Part shown: in pieces, positions 50,607 to 62,745 of the stretch | Layout of the letters: each line of letters opens with the position of its first letter | Numbering within the stretch: the stretch's first letter is position 1 | Source: Ranitomeya imitator | Taxonomy: Eukaryota | Assembly: GCF_032444005.1 (NCBI RefSeq) | Contig: NC_091291.1 | Span: forward strand, 20,398,001 to 20,462,000 | Direction of reading: 5' to 3' | Length of the DNA stretch: 64,000 nucleotides | Notes under the pieces: generated by a model | Database searches by the model: none | The model's input: the letters and a program-made list of their open reading frames with translations, nothing else | Told to the model about the DNA's origin: nothing | Program-made: the position numbers and the translations under genes

Positions 50607-50617
50607 GCGCTAGTGTA
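50607..50617 (-). promoter_or_regulatory. Self-priming primer-binding site (11 nt)
   Basis: Minus-strand TACACTAGCGC lies 1 nt after the 5' LTR and is complementary to GCGCTAGTGTA at 51196-51186, 30 nt downstream of TATATAAA (51226-51219). Confidence 0.85.
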
Positions 50618-51643
50618 ATGTTAGGGCTAGCGGAACGCACCAAATAATAAGACTGATAGTGTACGGTGCGTTCGTAGCCCGGGGTCCACCGTGCAGAGAT
50701 GGAACCTGCTGCTGAGTAATGACGGACTATATGGCGGTACTCATAAGTATACTCGCGTGGGTTAAACTTCACCCAACGTGAAGGAAGCGATCCTGTTGCG
50801 TCACAGGATCGAGGTACCGCACATAGAAGGCAAGCAAGTAGTCAGCGAACTTAACCCCTACTAGGATTGAAGTCCGATTAGACCACTTGCTGACACAACA
50901 CCGCAACAGGGTGTGTTAGGCAACTCTTATAATTAGAGCACCGAAGTGCGAACTGTGCCATGCTGGCAGGCACCACTAAGCACCCAGACGTGGGTCAGGA
51001 AGCGCACTACTGGCGCGTGGCGCCGCACTGGCGGTCACAGCAATAGACGCTGATACGTGTGTGACACGTTGAGTGATTTGTCGGGCGCTAGATAGCAGCC
51101 GTACTCCATACGCGAACAGTCATACAATAGGGTAGGGGTATTTAATGAACGACTTGCACTCACAACAAACACACGTATTCAATTGTACACTAGCGCATGG
51201 CCGTGCGGTCATGCGCAGTTTATATAATTGCAGGACAGGAAGTGGCCACAGAAACTTTGCCCTTCCAGGGCCTGCCAAGAGGACCAATGGAATGCGCTGC
51301 AGAGCCAGAGCACATGACCCTCGATCTCCAATGGGAGATCTTGCTCTGGGCATGCTCAGTGTGCGCAAACAAGGACTTAGTCCCAGGGAAGTCCGCTCGC
51401 CGCTGACCAGCACTGACTTTAATGGCAGGAGCTGAAGAAACAGCAGTAACTCTCTGTACAGAGTGAGAGCGAGCAAGACACTGGGAGCGACGTCCCTGCT
51501 GAGCAGACTCCACTGCGGCTGGAGGAGAATGGGAGACCGCAGCGGAGACGGATCGAGATTCCCCCTGTGCAGCAGAGGAAACTCGACTCCTAACATCCTG
51601 TTTGACACCAATCGACACTATTATTTGCTACTACGTTGATAAC

Positions 51644-52605
51644 AAATATTTTATTTTTATATTGAGATTCCGGGAGGTGTCCCTATTGTACTTCGTTAAG
51701 AAATCAGGAAGAAAAATTGCTAAGTAATGAGCTTTCATAAAAAATTAAGCGCATAAGTGCTTATCCTACGTCACTATTTGTATATATGTAATTGCAGCAC
51801 TTATTATCCAGACAGAAGAAGTCGGAGAAGATATCACACCTTGCAGGAGAAGAAAACATCCACGGTATGTAGATCTCAATAACTCCGCCCGGTGTTTCCG
51901 CTACAGATTTGTCCCGGCTAGACCTTTAAAGATAACGCACACAGACTGAAACATATCGTTACCCACGAAAGCTGCACTCTAGATCCTCCGTCCTATTGGG
52001 TTCAAATGCTGAAAATACTTTAAAGGGTAGCGTGGCATATTAACTAATTTCAAATTCTCCTACTCGCCCAATAATGCCACATTTCTCTCTGTTCCCGCTA
52101 GGATTTTAGATAATTGTCTCCCCCTTTTACTCTTAACATTGGACAGGGCTGTGTATTACCTCCCTCTCTTTTTTGTGCTGACTTGGAAGACTGTGATTAG
52201 AAGGAACCCCATATGCCCAAAGTCAGTATCGGCAATATCCCCCTCCAGTTTCCACGCTCCGATATTTACAATTTCCCAGGATTTTGTTTCAAGTCTTCCA
52301 CTAATCTTAATTCAACTAACGCACACATCATCACTAGTGAAAATTAAGAAATGTTGATTAAAATATATATATTTTTTATATTGAGATTCCAGGAGGTGTC
52401 ACTATTGCACACCCTAAAGAATCCAGGAGGAAAATAAAAGCTGCTAAGTAATGAGCTTTCGTTAAAAAATAAACATATATTTGCTTTATGTGCATAATTA
52501 TTTGTACATATGTAATTCCAGCACTTATTATCCAGACTCAAGAAGGTGGAGGAGACATCACATATGGTAACAGAAGAAAACAGCCCCGGTATGTAGATCA
52601 ATGAC
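51644..52605 (+). promoter_or_regulatory. Two direct-repeat blocks (~51644-51880, ~52371-52605), candidate duplicated promoter/first exon of GPCR C
   Basis: Shared ATATTGAGATTCC..GCTAAGTAATGAGCTTTC..CAGCACTTATTATCCAGAC..CG|GTATGT; donors at 51865 and 52589; TATATAT at 51781 in the first copy. Confidence 0.4.
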
Positions 52606-53371
52606 ACAAAATAGAATATTGAAAATTTACGTTAGCATTAAATATTATTTGAGTAACAGTATACATTATTAGAAGTTTATTGTAAAAAAAATTGGTATAG
52701 ATAGGTATGAGCATAAGGTTAATTAACTTTCAACACCTTGCGATTTTCAATTTTAATGCATTCATCTTTTTCTCCGCTTCTTCCTAGAGCTCTAACTTTT
52801 TTAGTTTTCCGACAATACGGCCATATGGGGGATTCTTTTCTTGCAGGATGAGTTGTGCTTTTGCATGACACCATTGCTTTTACCATACAGTGTACTGGAA
52901 AATGAAAATTCCAAGTGCTATGAAATTGCAAAAAAAAGTGCAATTCCATAATATATGTTTTTGAGGTTGTTTAATTACTATGTTCACTAAATGCTAAAAC
53001 TGACCTACCAATATGATTCTCCAGGTCAGTGCAAGTTCGCAGATACCAAACATGTATAGGTTATTGTGGTGAAAAAAAAATTCCAAAAATTGGAAGAAAA
53101 CAATTGGCGCCATTTTCCGAGACCCCCTAGCGTCTCCATTTTTTGGGATCTAGGGTTGGGTGAAGGCATATTTTTTGCAGCCCCGGATTAATTGAATATA
53201 AATTCCATGATTTACTAGTTTAGTGGATTAAAAAATACCACAGGTGGCCCCCTTCCTTAAATGTTTGCTTTGTTCACAAATTGTCGTTACTAAAAAGATG
53301 CACCCTTGTAAAAAGAAAGAACAATTTTAGACCAATGTGATACAAAATTGTGAAGAAGTTCGGCCGTATGG

Positions 53372-56085
53372 CAAGGAGGAGGGGTTTGTCTCTATGTAAA
53401 GTCTTGTCTAAAGTCCACTTTAAGGGAGGATATTAGCGAAGGAAATGAGGATGTCGAGTCCATATGGGTCGAAATTCATGGAGGGAAAAATGGTAACAAA
53501 ATTCTCATTGGGGTCTGTTACAAACCCCCAAATATAACAGAAACCATGGAAAGTCTACTTCTAAAGCAGATAGATGAAGCTGCAACCCATAATGAGGTCC
53601 TGGTTATGGGGGACTTTAACTACCCGGATATTAACTGGGAAACAGAAACCTGTGAAACCCATAAAGGCAACAGGTTTCTGCTAATAACCAAGAAAAATTA
53701 TCTTTCACAATTGGTGCAGAATCCAACCAGAGGAGCAGCACTTTTAGACCTAATACTATCTAATAGACCTGACAGAATAACAAATCTGCAGGTGGTCGGG
53801 CATCTAGGAAATAGCGACCACAATATTGTGCAGTTTCACCTGTCTTTCACTAGGGGGACTTGTCAGGGAGTCACAAAAACACTGAACTTTAGGAAGGCAA
53901 AGTTTGACCAGCTTAGAGATGCCCTTAATCTGGTAGACTGGGACAATATCCTCAGAAATGAGAATACAGATAATAAATGGGAAATGTTTAAGAACATCCT
54001 AAATAGGCAGTGTAAGCGGTTTATACCTTGTGGGAATAAAAGGACTAGAAATAGGAAAAACCCAATGTGGCTAAACAAAGAAGTAAGACAGGCAATTAAC
54101 AGTAAAAAGAAAGCATTTGCACTACTAAAGCAGGATGGCACCATTGAAGCTCTAAAAAACTATAGGGAGAAAAATACTTTATCTAAAAAACTAATTAAAG
54201 CTGCCAAAAAGGAAACAGAGAAGCACATTGCTAAGGAGAGTAAAACTAATCCCAAACTGTTCTTCAACTATATCAATAGTAAAAGAATAAAAACTGAAAA
54301 TGTAGGCCCCTTAAAAAATAGTGAGGAAAGAATGGTCGTAGATGACGAGGAAAAAGCTAACATATTAAACACCTTCTTCTCCACGGTATTCACGGTGGAA
54401 AATGAAATGCTAGGTGAAATCCCAAGAAACAATGAAAACCCTATATTAAGGGTCACCAATCTAACCCAAGAAGAGGTGCGAAACCGGCTAAATAAGATTA
54501 AAATAGATAAATCTCCGGGTCCGGATGGCATACACCCACGAGTACTAAGAGAACTAAGGAATGTAATAGATAAACCATTATTTCTTATTTTTAGGGACTC
54601 TATAGCGACAGGGTCTGTTCCGCAGGACTGGCGCATAGCAAATGTGGTGCCAATATTCAAAAAGGGCTCTAAAAGTGAACCTGGAAATTATAGGCCAGTA
54701 AGTCTAACCTCTATTGTTGGTAAAATATTTGAAGGGTTTCTGAGGGATGTTATTCTGGATTATCTCAATGAGAATAACTGTTTAACTCCATATCAGCATG
54801 GGTTTATGAGAAATCGCTCCTGTCAAACCAATCTAATCAGTTTTTATGAAGAGGTAAGCTATAGGCTGGACCACGGTGAGTCATTGGACGTGGTATATCT
54901 CGATTTTTCCAAAGCGTTTGATACCGTGCCGCACAAGAGGTTGGTACACAAAATGAGAATGCTTGGTCTGGGGGAAAATGTGTGTAAATGGGTTAGTAAC
55001 TGGCTTAGTGATAGAAAGCAGAGGGTGGTTATAAATGGTATAGTCTCTAACTGGGTCGCTGTGACCAGTGGGGTACCGCAGGGGTCAGTATTGGGACCTG
55101 TTCTCTTCAACATATTCATTAATGATCTGGTAGAAGGTTTACACAGTAAAATATCGATATTTGCAGATGATACAAAACTATGTAAAGCAGTTAATACAAG
55201 AGAAGATAGTATTCTGCTACAGATGGATCTGGATAAGTTGGAAACTTGGGCTGAAAGGTGGCAGATGAGGTTTAACAATGATAAATGTAAGGTTATACAC
55301 ATGGGAAGAGGGAATCAATATCACCATTACACACTGAACGGGAAACCACTGGGTAAATCTGACAGGGAGAAGGACTTGGGGATCCTAGTTAATGATAAAC
55401 TTACCTGGAGCAGCCAGTGCCAGGCAGCAGCTGCCAAGGCAAACAGGATCATGGGGTGCATTAAAAGAGGTCTGGATACACATGATGAGAGCATTATACT
55501 GCCTCTGTACAAATCCCTAGTTAGACCGCACATGGAGTACTGTGTCCAGTTTTGGGCACCGGTGCTCATGAAGGATATATTGGAACTAGAGAGAGTACAA
55601 AGGAGGGCAACAAAATTAATAAAGGGGATGGGAGAACTACAATACCCAGATAGATTAGCGAAATTAGGATTATTTAGTCTAGAAAAAAGATGACTGAGGG
55701 GCGATCTAATAACCATGTATAAGTATATAAGGGGACAATACAAATATCTCGCTGAGGATCTGTTTATACCAAGGAAGGTGACGGGCACAAGGGGGCATTC
55801 TTTGCGTCTGGAGGAGAGAAGGTTTTTCCACCAACATAGAAGAGGATTCTTTACTGTTAGGGCAGTGAGAATCTGGAATTGCTTGCCTGAGGAGGTGGTG
55901 ATGGCGAACTCAGTCGAGGGGTTCAAGAGAGGCCTGGATGTCTTCCTGGAGCAGAACAATATTGTATCATACAATTATTAGGTTCTGTAGAAGGACGTAG
56001 ATCTGGGTATTTATTATGATGGAATATAGGCTGAACTGGATGGACAAATGTCTTTTTTCGGCCTTACTAACTATGTTACTACTAT
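53372..56085 (+). mobile_element. 5'-truncated CR1 LINE (subfamily 1): partial APE plus RT, one premature stop
   Basis: GGGVCLYVK, MGDFNYPDINW (APE); RT motifs; CGA>TGA at 55691-55693; (ACTATGTT) tail. Confidence 0.96.
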
Positions 56086-56386
56086 TTTGAACCTAGGTCT
56101 CCGTCACTATTTTTTTAGCCCTTAAAAAAGCAGCAAAAAACCTAATGACAAATTTTATTTAAAACATATACCATAATTATAAAGAAATCTGATGCTTAAG
56201 TAAAAATATGAGTAATAATAAACATATATATATATTGGATTTTTTTATTTACAAAATATCATTAAAGACATACTTGGTTGAGATTCGGTGCAAAATACAA
56301 TAATTTTAACGCTGTCTTTTTTTTTTCTTATACGGATAGTGAGATTTGTATAAAATCTGACTCTTTAGAATGCGAAGACTCTTCTC

Positions 56387-57391
56387 ATGAATAACTCCTC
56401 GATAAATGGCACTTACGACAACCGAGATAACTCAAGCATGTACATTAACCTACAAATCTTCAGGCTTGTGGTCCATGTGATGGTTTACATATTAGGGACC
56501 ACCGGAAATGGCATGGTCATTTGGTTCTGCATCTTCAGGATGAAGAAGACGGTCAACATCGTTTGGATTCTTAATCTGGCCATCACTGACTTTACTTTCA
56601 CATTTTTTCTGCCTCTAAAAATTTCTTATTTGGCTCTGAGAAATCAGTGGTTATTCGGCAACTTCATGTGCAAGTCTTACTGGTTTTTGTATTATCTCAA
56701 CCTGTCCGTCAGCGTCCTCCAGCTCGTGGTCATCAGCGCAGATCGTTACATTTGCGTCTATTTCCCGGTATGGTGTAAGAATCACCGAAGATCGAAATTG
56801 GCTGTGAATATAGCCATATTGCTTTGGTTCATTGCTATTCCTTTTAACGTTCAATACTTTTTAATTCGAAACATTGATAGAGATCAAAATAAAATAACTT
56901 GTCTTAACAGTCTTCAAAAGGATTATACATGGAAGGCTATTGTGAATCCCATTTTTTTGTTCTTTTTACCTTTCACCATCATCGTCTTGTGTTACGTGGC
57001 TATTGCCGTGCGAATAAAAAGAAGAGGAATCGTCAAATCTTCAAGGCCTTTCAAAATTTTTCTGGCCGTCATCATCCTTTTCTTTTTATGCTTTTTTCCT
57101 TATAATTTGTTCCTCGTTTTGCAACACTATGGACCTCAGAAGTTTTCTAAAGTGAATGAAAGCAGGAAACAAATAGCAAAAAGCCTGATGATAGCCAATA
57201 GCTGCATAAATCCCATCGTTTATGTCCTTTTTGGTAAAAATTTTAAGGAAAAAATCCTTGTCTCTCTGTATTCTGTGTTTAAGAAGGCCCTTATGGAAGA
57301 TCTGGAGAAGGAAGCTTGCAGGGAGCAAGAAAGAGTAAAAGAAGGTGATGTGAATTCATGTGTAGTTTTTGAAGCAGAAAGCATCGGATGA
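56387..57391 (+). CDS. Divergent chemoattractant-family class A GPCR (paralogue C, 334 aa; CMKLR1/GPR33/FPR-like group)
   Basis: GTTGNGMVIW, MKKTVN, NLAITDF, WLFGNFMCK, SADRY..FPVWCKNHR, NSCINPIVY; the reading frame is intact. Confidence 0.85.
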   Translation: MNNSSINGTYDNRDNSSMYINLQIFRLVVHVMVYILGTTGNGMVIWFCIFRMKKTVNIVWILNLAITDFTFTFFLPLKISYLALRNQWLFGNFMCKSYWFLYYLNLSVSVLQLVVISADRYICVYFPVWCKNHRRSKLAVNIAILLWFIAIPFNVQYFLIRNIDRDQNKITCLNSLQKDYTWKAIVNPIFLFFLPFTIIVLCYVAIAVRIKRRGIVKSSRPFKIFLAVIILFFLCFFPYNLFLVLQHYGPQKFSKVNESRKQIAKSLMIANSCINPIVYVLFGKNFKEKILVSLYSVFKKALMEDLEKEACREQERVKEGDVNSCVVFEAESIG

Positions 57392-57444
57392 ACTTTTATA
57401 AGGTCTGTTTGTCCAAAGAGATAAAGATAGTTTATCAATTAGAC

Positions 57445-57445
57445 A

Positions 57446-57512
<67 letters not shown>
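57445..57512. repeat. (TA)n microsatellite in the 3' flank of GPCR C
   Basis: More than 30 TA units. Confidence 0.95.
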
Positions 57513-57515
<3 letters not shown>

Positions 57516-58081
57516 GGTTTTTTAATCATTTTTTTTAAAGAAAATGTTTTAGCTTGGTTTTCTAGTTTTTGTAACTAAATGGCATGTAACATAACTTTTT
57601 CATAAGTTTGGGATAAAATTGTTAGCAATACTTAAGGCTGGCAGAAACCACAGCTCTTGGCCAGGGGACAAAGCCTAAGAGATATACAGATGACTAAAAG
57701 GGATTGCAGCTGCTCCTTTCTGTTCTAACATATTTCCCCACCTGTTTTATCACAGGAGCGAGTGTTTCTGCCATGTCACCACCCAGTCCTGCGAGCTCAT
57801 CATAAATCAAGTCAGTTACATAAGAGAGCAAAAGCCTGCGGAAGCTCCTACCCGACTCATCTGATTTATGAAGAACTCAAAGAGCTGCAGGAGCAACAGA
57901 AACTCTTGCTCCTGTGATAAAACAAACAGGCAAATAAGTTTATTTAGAAAACTACAGTTGCAAGTACCTGCTACAGGTTTTTTTTTCAGCATGGGACCAA
58001 TTGTGGAACTTATTATTATTACAAATATACTTTGTTCATTCAACAACCCTTTTAAATATATTGCTTTATACATAAAAAGTA

Positions 58082-58270
58082 CAAGGTGGGCCATTTATAT
58101 GGATACACCTGGGTGGGCCATTTATAAAGTTGCATCCAAAATGGCTGCCATGGTCCCCACCCATCTTGAAAAGTTTTCCCCCTCCCATATACTAATGTGC
58201 CACAAACGGGAAGTTGATATCACCAACCATTCCCATTTTATTTAGGTGTATCCATATACATGGCCCACCC
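58082..58270. mobile_element. Short Tc1/mariner-like MITE
   Basis: TA|CAAGGTGGGCCATTTATATGGATACACC...GGTGTATCCATATACATGGCCCACC inverted ends; right terminus is imperfect. Confidence 0.55.
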
Positions 58271-59689
58271 ATTCTGCACACGTGAATTTTTCTGCTATAA
58301 TTCTACACTGTATGCAAATATTGTACTGCTATAACATTCACATAAACAACACTGCTATATCGTATGCATAAATAATAATGTTACACCATACACATAATTA
58401 TTAATATGCTTTACACAAAATAGTATCCAAATGTCATACATAACAATTTTAGCACAACACAATACACACACTAAACAATTAGCTTTGTGGTTGAAACAGT
58501 GAGTGCATTATGATTACTGTCGACGTCATTTTGGATAATATTCTTCAATAATTCCGTAGTAATTATGAATTATGAAGCTAAGATCTACAGAGAAGTGATA
58601 ATTACTCTATATAATAAAGAAAAAGTGAAAAGTTGGAATATGTGTTTTCATTGCCAGTAATATATAAGTAGAACCGCTTGATTTAAGCTATTAATGTTAA
58701 GATACTTTTTGACAGATGTGAAGCCATTACTAACAGACAAAGCTCTAAGGACCTTAAAGCAGTTTGGTTGTATAAAAATTTTGGTACACAAAGGACGATG
58801 AGCAAGTTACCCAGTCTCTGTGTAAAGTAATGAGACGTCATCCAGGGAAATGGGTTTCACCAAGCCTTAACGATACAGTACGACCACAGATACTGTCACA
58901 TTGTTTGTCTTGAACCTGGCAAAGGTTACATAAAATTGGGGAATTGGGGCCAAGTCTGGTTAAATGGATAAAGGAACATCAAGATCTCTAGAGATGGACC
59001 CGCAATTTTAAGATTGTTGATATTTTTCAGCAATTTTGGTTCTCAAGTCCTAACACATTTTTCTTCACCTTTTTCCGTTCTCCATACTTACTGTGGAACA
59101 CACAGATGCACAATGCAAAGATTGAGTCAACTTTTCCTCTTTTTATCTGGTTTCAAGTGTCATTTTCATATTGCCGACAACTGTTACTTGCCACATATGA
59201 GTTTGAACGAGCATCACATGCTTGAAACAAAGCTGTTTACCCACAATATTGGAAAGGTGCCATCAATTTTGTCCAGCCCATTTTGGGGATATTGTGTGAA
59301 ATGATGTCCATTTCGTCTTTTTTTCTGTTTTTTTTTTTTGTGCTGTTCCGATATACACAAAGCACATACATAGATTTTTTCTGGCTAACACAGTACTACA
59401 ACATAATTTTTTTTAATATACACCATACAGTAACATCCAAACACTGTATGTTGCCCTTTAAGAGAATGGGAGCAGTAAATAGAGGAAGGTCAGAAGGTCT
59501 CTTCTACAGGAAAAGCCAGGCCAGTGTTGTGTTTCTTAATGACTTTTCGTAACTAGGTCTAGTCAGAATTCCTGTACTAAACTTCAAGTCACTGTATTAT
59601 ATTTAAGAAGGAGTTCTGACAACAGCTTCAAAGAGAACCCTATCTAGTATCCAGTTCTAGCTGTCCTCTGTAATAGCGCTCATCCTATA

Positions 59690-60450
59690 ATAATATCTCC
59701 CATACTGTAATAATGTCTTTTATCCTTTATCAATGTGCCATATCCTGTAATAATATCATGTTCTGCCCATTCAGGCCCCAATTCTGTAATAACGTCCATC
59801 ATTGTGGCTCCATCCTGTTATAATGTCCTTTGTCTTGGCCTCATCCTGTAATAATGTCCTTTGTCTTGGCTCCATCCTGTAGTAATGCACTTTGTCTTGG
59901 CCCCATCCTGTAATAATGTCCTTTGTCTGGGCCACATCCTGTAATAATGTCCTTTGTCTTGGCGCCATCTTGTAATAATGTTGTTTTATCTTGGCCCCAT
60001 CCCGTAGTAATGCCCGTTGTCTTGGCCCCATCCTGTAGTAATGCCCTTTGTCTGGGCCACATCATGTAATAATGTCCTTTGTCTTGACTCCATCCTGTAA
60101 TATTGTCCTTTGTCTTGGCCCCATCCTATAATAATGTCCTTTGTCTGGGCCACATCATGTAATAATGTCCTTTGCCTTGACTCCATCCTGTAATATTGTC
60201 CTTTGTCTTGGCCCCATCCTACAATAATGTCCTTTGTCTGGGCCACATCATGTAATAATGTCCTTTGTCTTGACTCCATCCTGTAATATTGTCCTTTGTC
60301 TTGGCCCCATCCTATAATAATGGCCTTTGTCTTGGCCGCATCCTGTAACAGTTTCCTCCTTCGTTGCTGTAATCCTGCAATACTATTACTAGTCTTGGCC
60401 CCCATACTGTAATATCCCCATGTTAGCCCAAACCTGTAATAATTGATTTA
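59690..60450. repeat. ~31-bp minisatellite (CATCCTGTAATAATGTCCTTTGTCTTGGCCC) with a 93-bp higher-order repeat
   Basis: CTGGGCCACATCATG variant recurs at 60052, 60145 and 60238. Confidence 0.93.
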
Positions 60451-61739
60451 GCAAGTGTACACTATTCCTTATTAATAAAATAATGTAACTTAGTAAAAAA
60501 GGAAAATCTGTAGATCGCCAGTGGTTGTCACTATTGCACTAGTTATACATAGATAAATAAAAATGGAAGCAGTTACAATATAAGTCTGATAAGAAAGATT
60601 TGGATCGGTTGTTAGTCATGTGAAAATATTTCTAAAGATAGAATATTCTCAGTAAAGATTAAGAAGCTGAAATACAAATATGATATATGTGATGGGAGAA
60701 TGTATCTGGACTTACAGAGAAGGAGAAGACATTGATACAAACAGAAGAGGGGAAGACTACGGTAGGTATATAGACGATTACTGCAATAGTGTAATATAGA
60801 GTTGTAATAATTCTCTGTTATACATGACTATAAGAAATGGTGGCTTTAATAAGAATTTAACTGAGTAAATAAATTGAAACTGTTTAGACGCAAAGTAAAG
60901 AAAAAAGAATCAAGTGCTCTATTGGGTCAAAGAAAACTTAATCTGGAATAGGAAACTAACAACTGCGGTAACTATGTGATACAAGGACAGAGTCTTTCCA
61001 AATGTAACGCCACATTAATTTGTGATTCTTTTGTCTCTTAAAAGGCTTCTTCCCTAGCTGTTAGAAGAGTCCCTTTGACAAAAAGCAAATAGAGGGTAGA
61101 CTTCCCTCCAAAAATTTGTTATCAGGATATATCAAAGCTGGATTTTGTAATTTGGACAACTTCCACCCATTTAGGTTTGTGACATTAGTAAACACACCCT
61201 GTTTTACCTTTTTAGTACATGTATAAAATCAAACACAACATGTACACTTTAGAAAATGTTTAATCCTTACCTCCACCGCCCCACTAAAAAATAGAAATAA
61301 CCCAAAATCCTAAATTATTTTCCTTAGAATCAAAGTATTAAAAATGTATAATTTCAGGATGCATATTTTTTTTTCTAAAACTTGGGTGTTATCTTCACTT
61401 TAGGCGACAGTGATGAGCTTTATGCTTTTGTTCATGAAAAACAAACATTATACATGAAAATGTTTCATTATAAATTAAGTCAATGCAAAATTTATCTGAA
61501 AGAAAAGCAGCACATTTGCACGTTTGGACATTACACATTTCGATCCATTTGGAGAAAACAAAAGCCAAAAATTTCCCTTTGCTTTGTTAAAAAATAGGAA
61601 CACTTTTGGTTCATAGATGCTTAGAATTGTAAAACTGATCAATATAACAGTTGTATATCCAAATAAAGTATAAAAACTATAAATATGACATATAACGTCA
61701 TATATATGTGACATATAATGTCCACGTAGTTATGATTGG

Positions 61740-62142
61740 CTTATGCAGTGCTATCGTATTCCATGGCGCTTTAAAGATATTATCATTACTGTCTAAATTC
61801 CCTATCAGTATGTCTTTGGAGCGTGGGAAAAAAAACAAAGAACCCTAGAGGAAACCCACGCAAACATGGGGCATGTTTCGCCTATTGCTTTCACCTGGTT
61901 CAAAGCAATAGGCAAAACGTGCATTGTGTGGAATACATTGACTCTTACTTCATGTTTATCTATTTATTTTCCTTAATTCCCTATCAGTATGACTTTGGAG
62001 TGTGGAAGGTAACCAGAGTTCCTAGAGGAAACGTATGCAAAGACGTGAAGAATACAGTTTCCTTGCAAATTTTGTCTTTAGTGAGATTTGAGCCCAGGAC
62101 CACAGTGAAACAAAGCAACAGTGTTAACCACTGAGCCACTAC
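61740..62142 (-). mobile_element. Two degenerate V-SINE-like fragments (~61740-61872 and ~61972-62142)
   Basis: Similar to 42839-43079; the second keeps A-box TGGCTCAGTGG and B-box-like GGCTCAAATC on the minus strand. Confidence 0.65.
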
Positions 62143-62473
62143 CCCACACCAACTATGTTGTGCTAAACACACATTTCGCTTATTGCTTTAACTTTGTTCC
62201 CTATTCAAAGCAATAGGTGAAATGCACGTTGGGCGCAACATCTTTGGTGTGGGGTCTGTACCCAACGTGAGTCATTGGCTCTTTCTCTATATCTATCTAT
62301 TAATTGGTGTCCACCTTTCGATCAACAGGTTTACTATGTGCCTCTCCTTTATGAATCATTAATTTCCTTTTAGCACATATCACTTTTTTCCATACCATTA
62401 GGTTTTATTGCATATATCATGGCTACATGATTAATATTATTTACATTAATTAGATAACTTGTCTATACACATG

Positions 62474-62745
62474 AAAGGTGCTGGATTGGTATAGGTTCAC
62501 CTGAGCTGCCGTCAATAGATGATAAGAAGACAGGAATCCAAAGATCAATTGCTGTGGTTTATTGGTCAACGCGTTTCGAAGTTTCAAACTTCTTCATCAG
62601 GACAAAACCATGGTTGTCCTGACGAAGAAGTTTGAAACTTCGAAACGCGTTGACCAATAAATCACAGCAATTGATCTTTGGATTCCTGTCTTCTTATCAT
62701 CTATCAACAGCTGTCCACATGAACCCATACCATTCCAGCACCTTT
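62474..62745. mobile_element. 272-bp palindrome of two head-to-head hammerhead-bearing Penelope-type pLTR ends
   Basis: Inverted arms 62474-62604 and 62615-62745; each has core-stem II-GAAA-AACGCGTT-AATAAA pointing outward. Confidence 0.8.
62616..62654 (+). ncRNA. Minimal type I hammerhead ribozyme (mirror copy with CTGATGA core at ~62565-62603 on the minus strand)
   Basis: GTC-CTGACGA-A-GAAGTT(TGA)AACTTC-GAAA-CGC-GTT-GAC: canonical core, stem II, GUU cleavage triplet and GTC/GAC stem I. Confidence 0.8.

Larger units (their letters stand above)
45488..51595 (-). mobile_element. Full-length Gypsy/Ty3 chromovirus (Tf1/sushi-like) LTR retrotransposon
   Basis: 977-bp LTRs at 45488-46464 (3' LTR) and 50619-51595 (5' LTR) with TG..CA ends; 5-bp TSD TCCTG; PPT at 46465-46480; about 14 LTR mismatches by eye. 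Confidence 0.97.

Noticed and set aside
46014-50618. Plus-strand ORFs within the Gypsy element, and antisense ORFs over the CR1s and GPCRs
   Set aside because: They are shadow frames of real coding sequence with no independent motifs.
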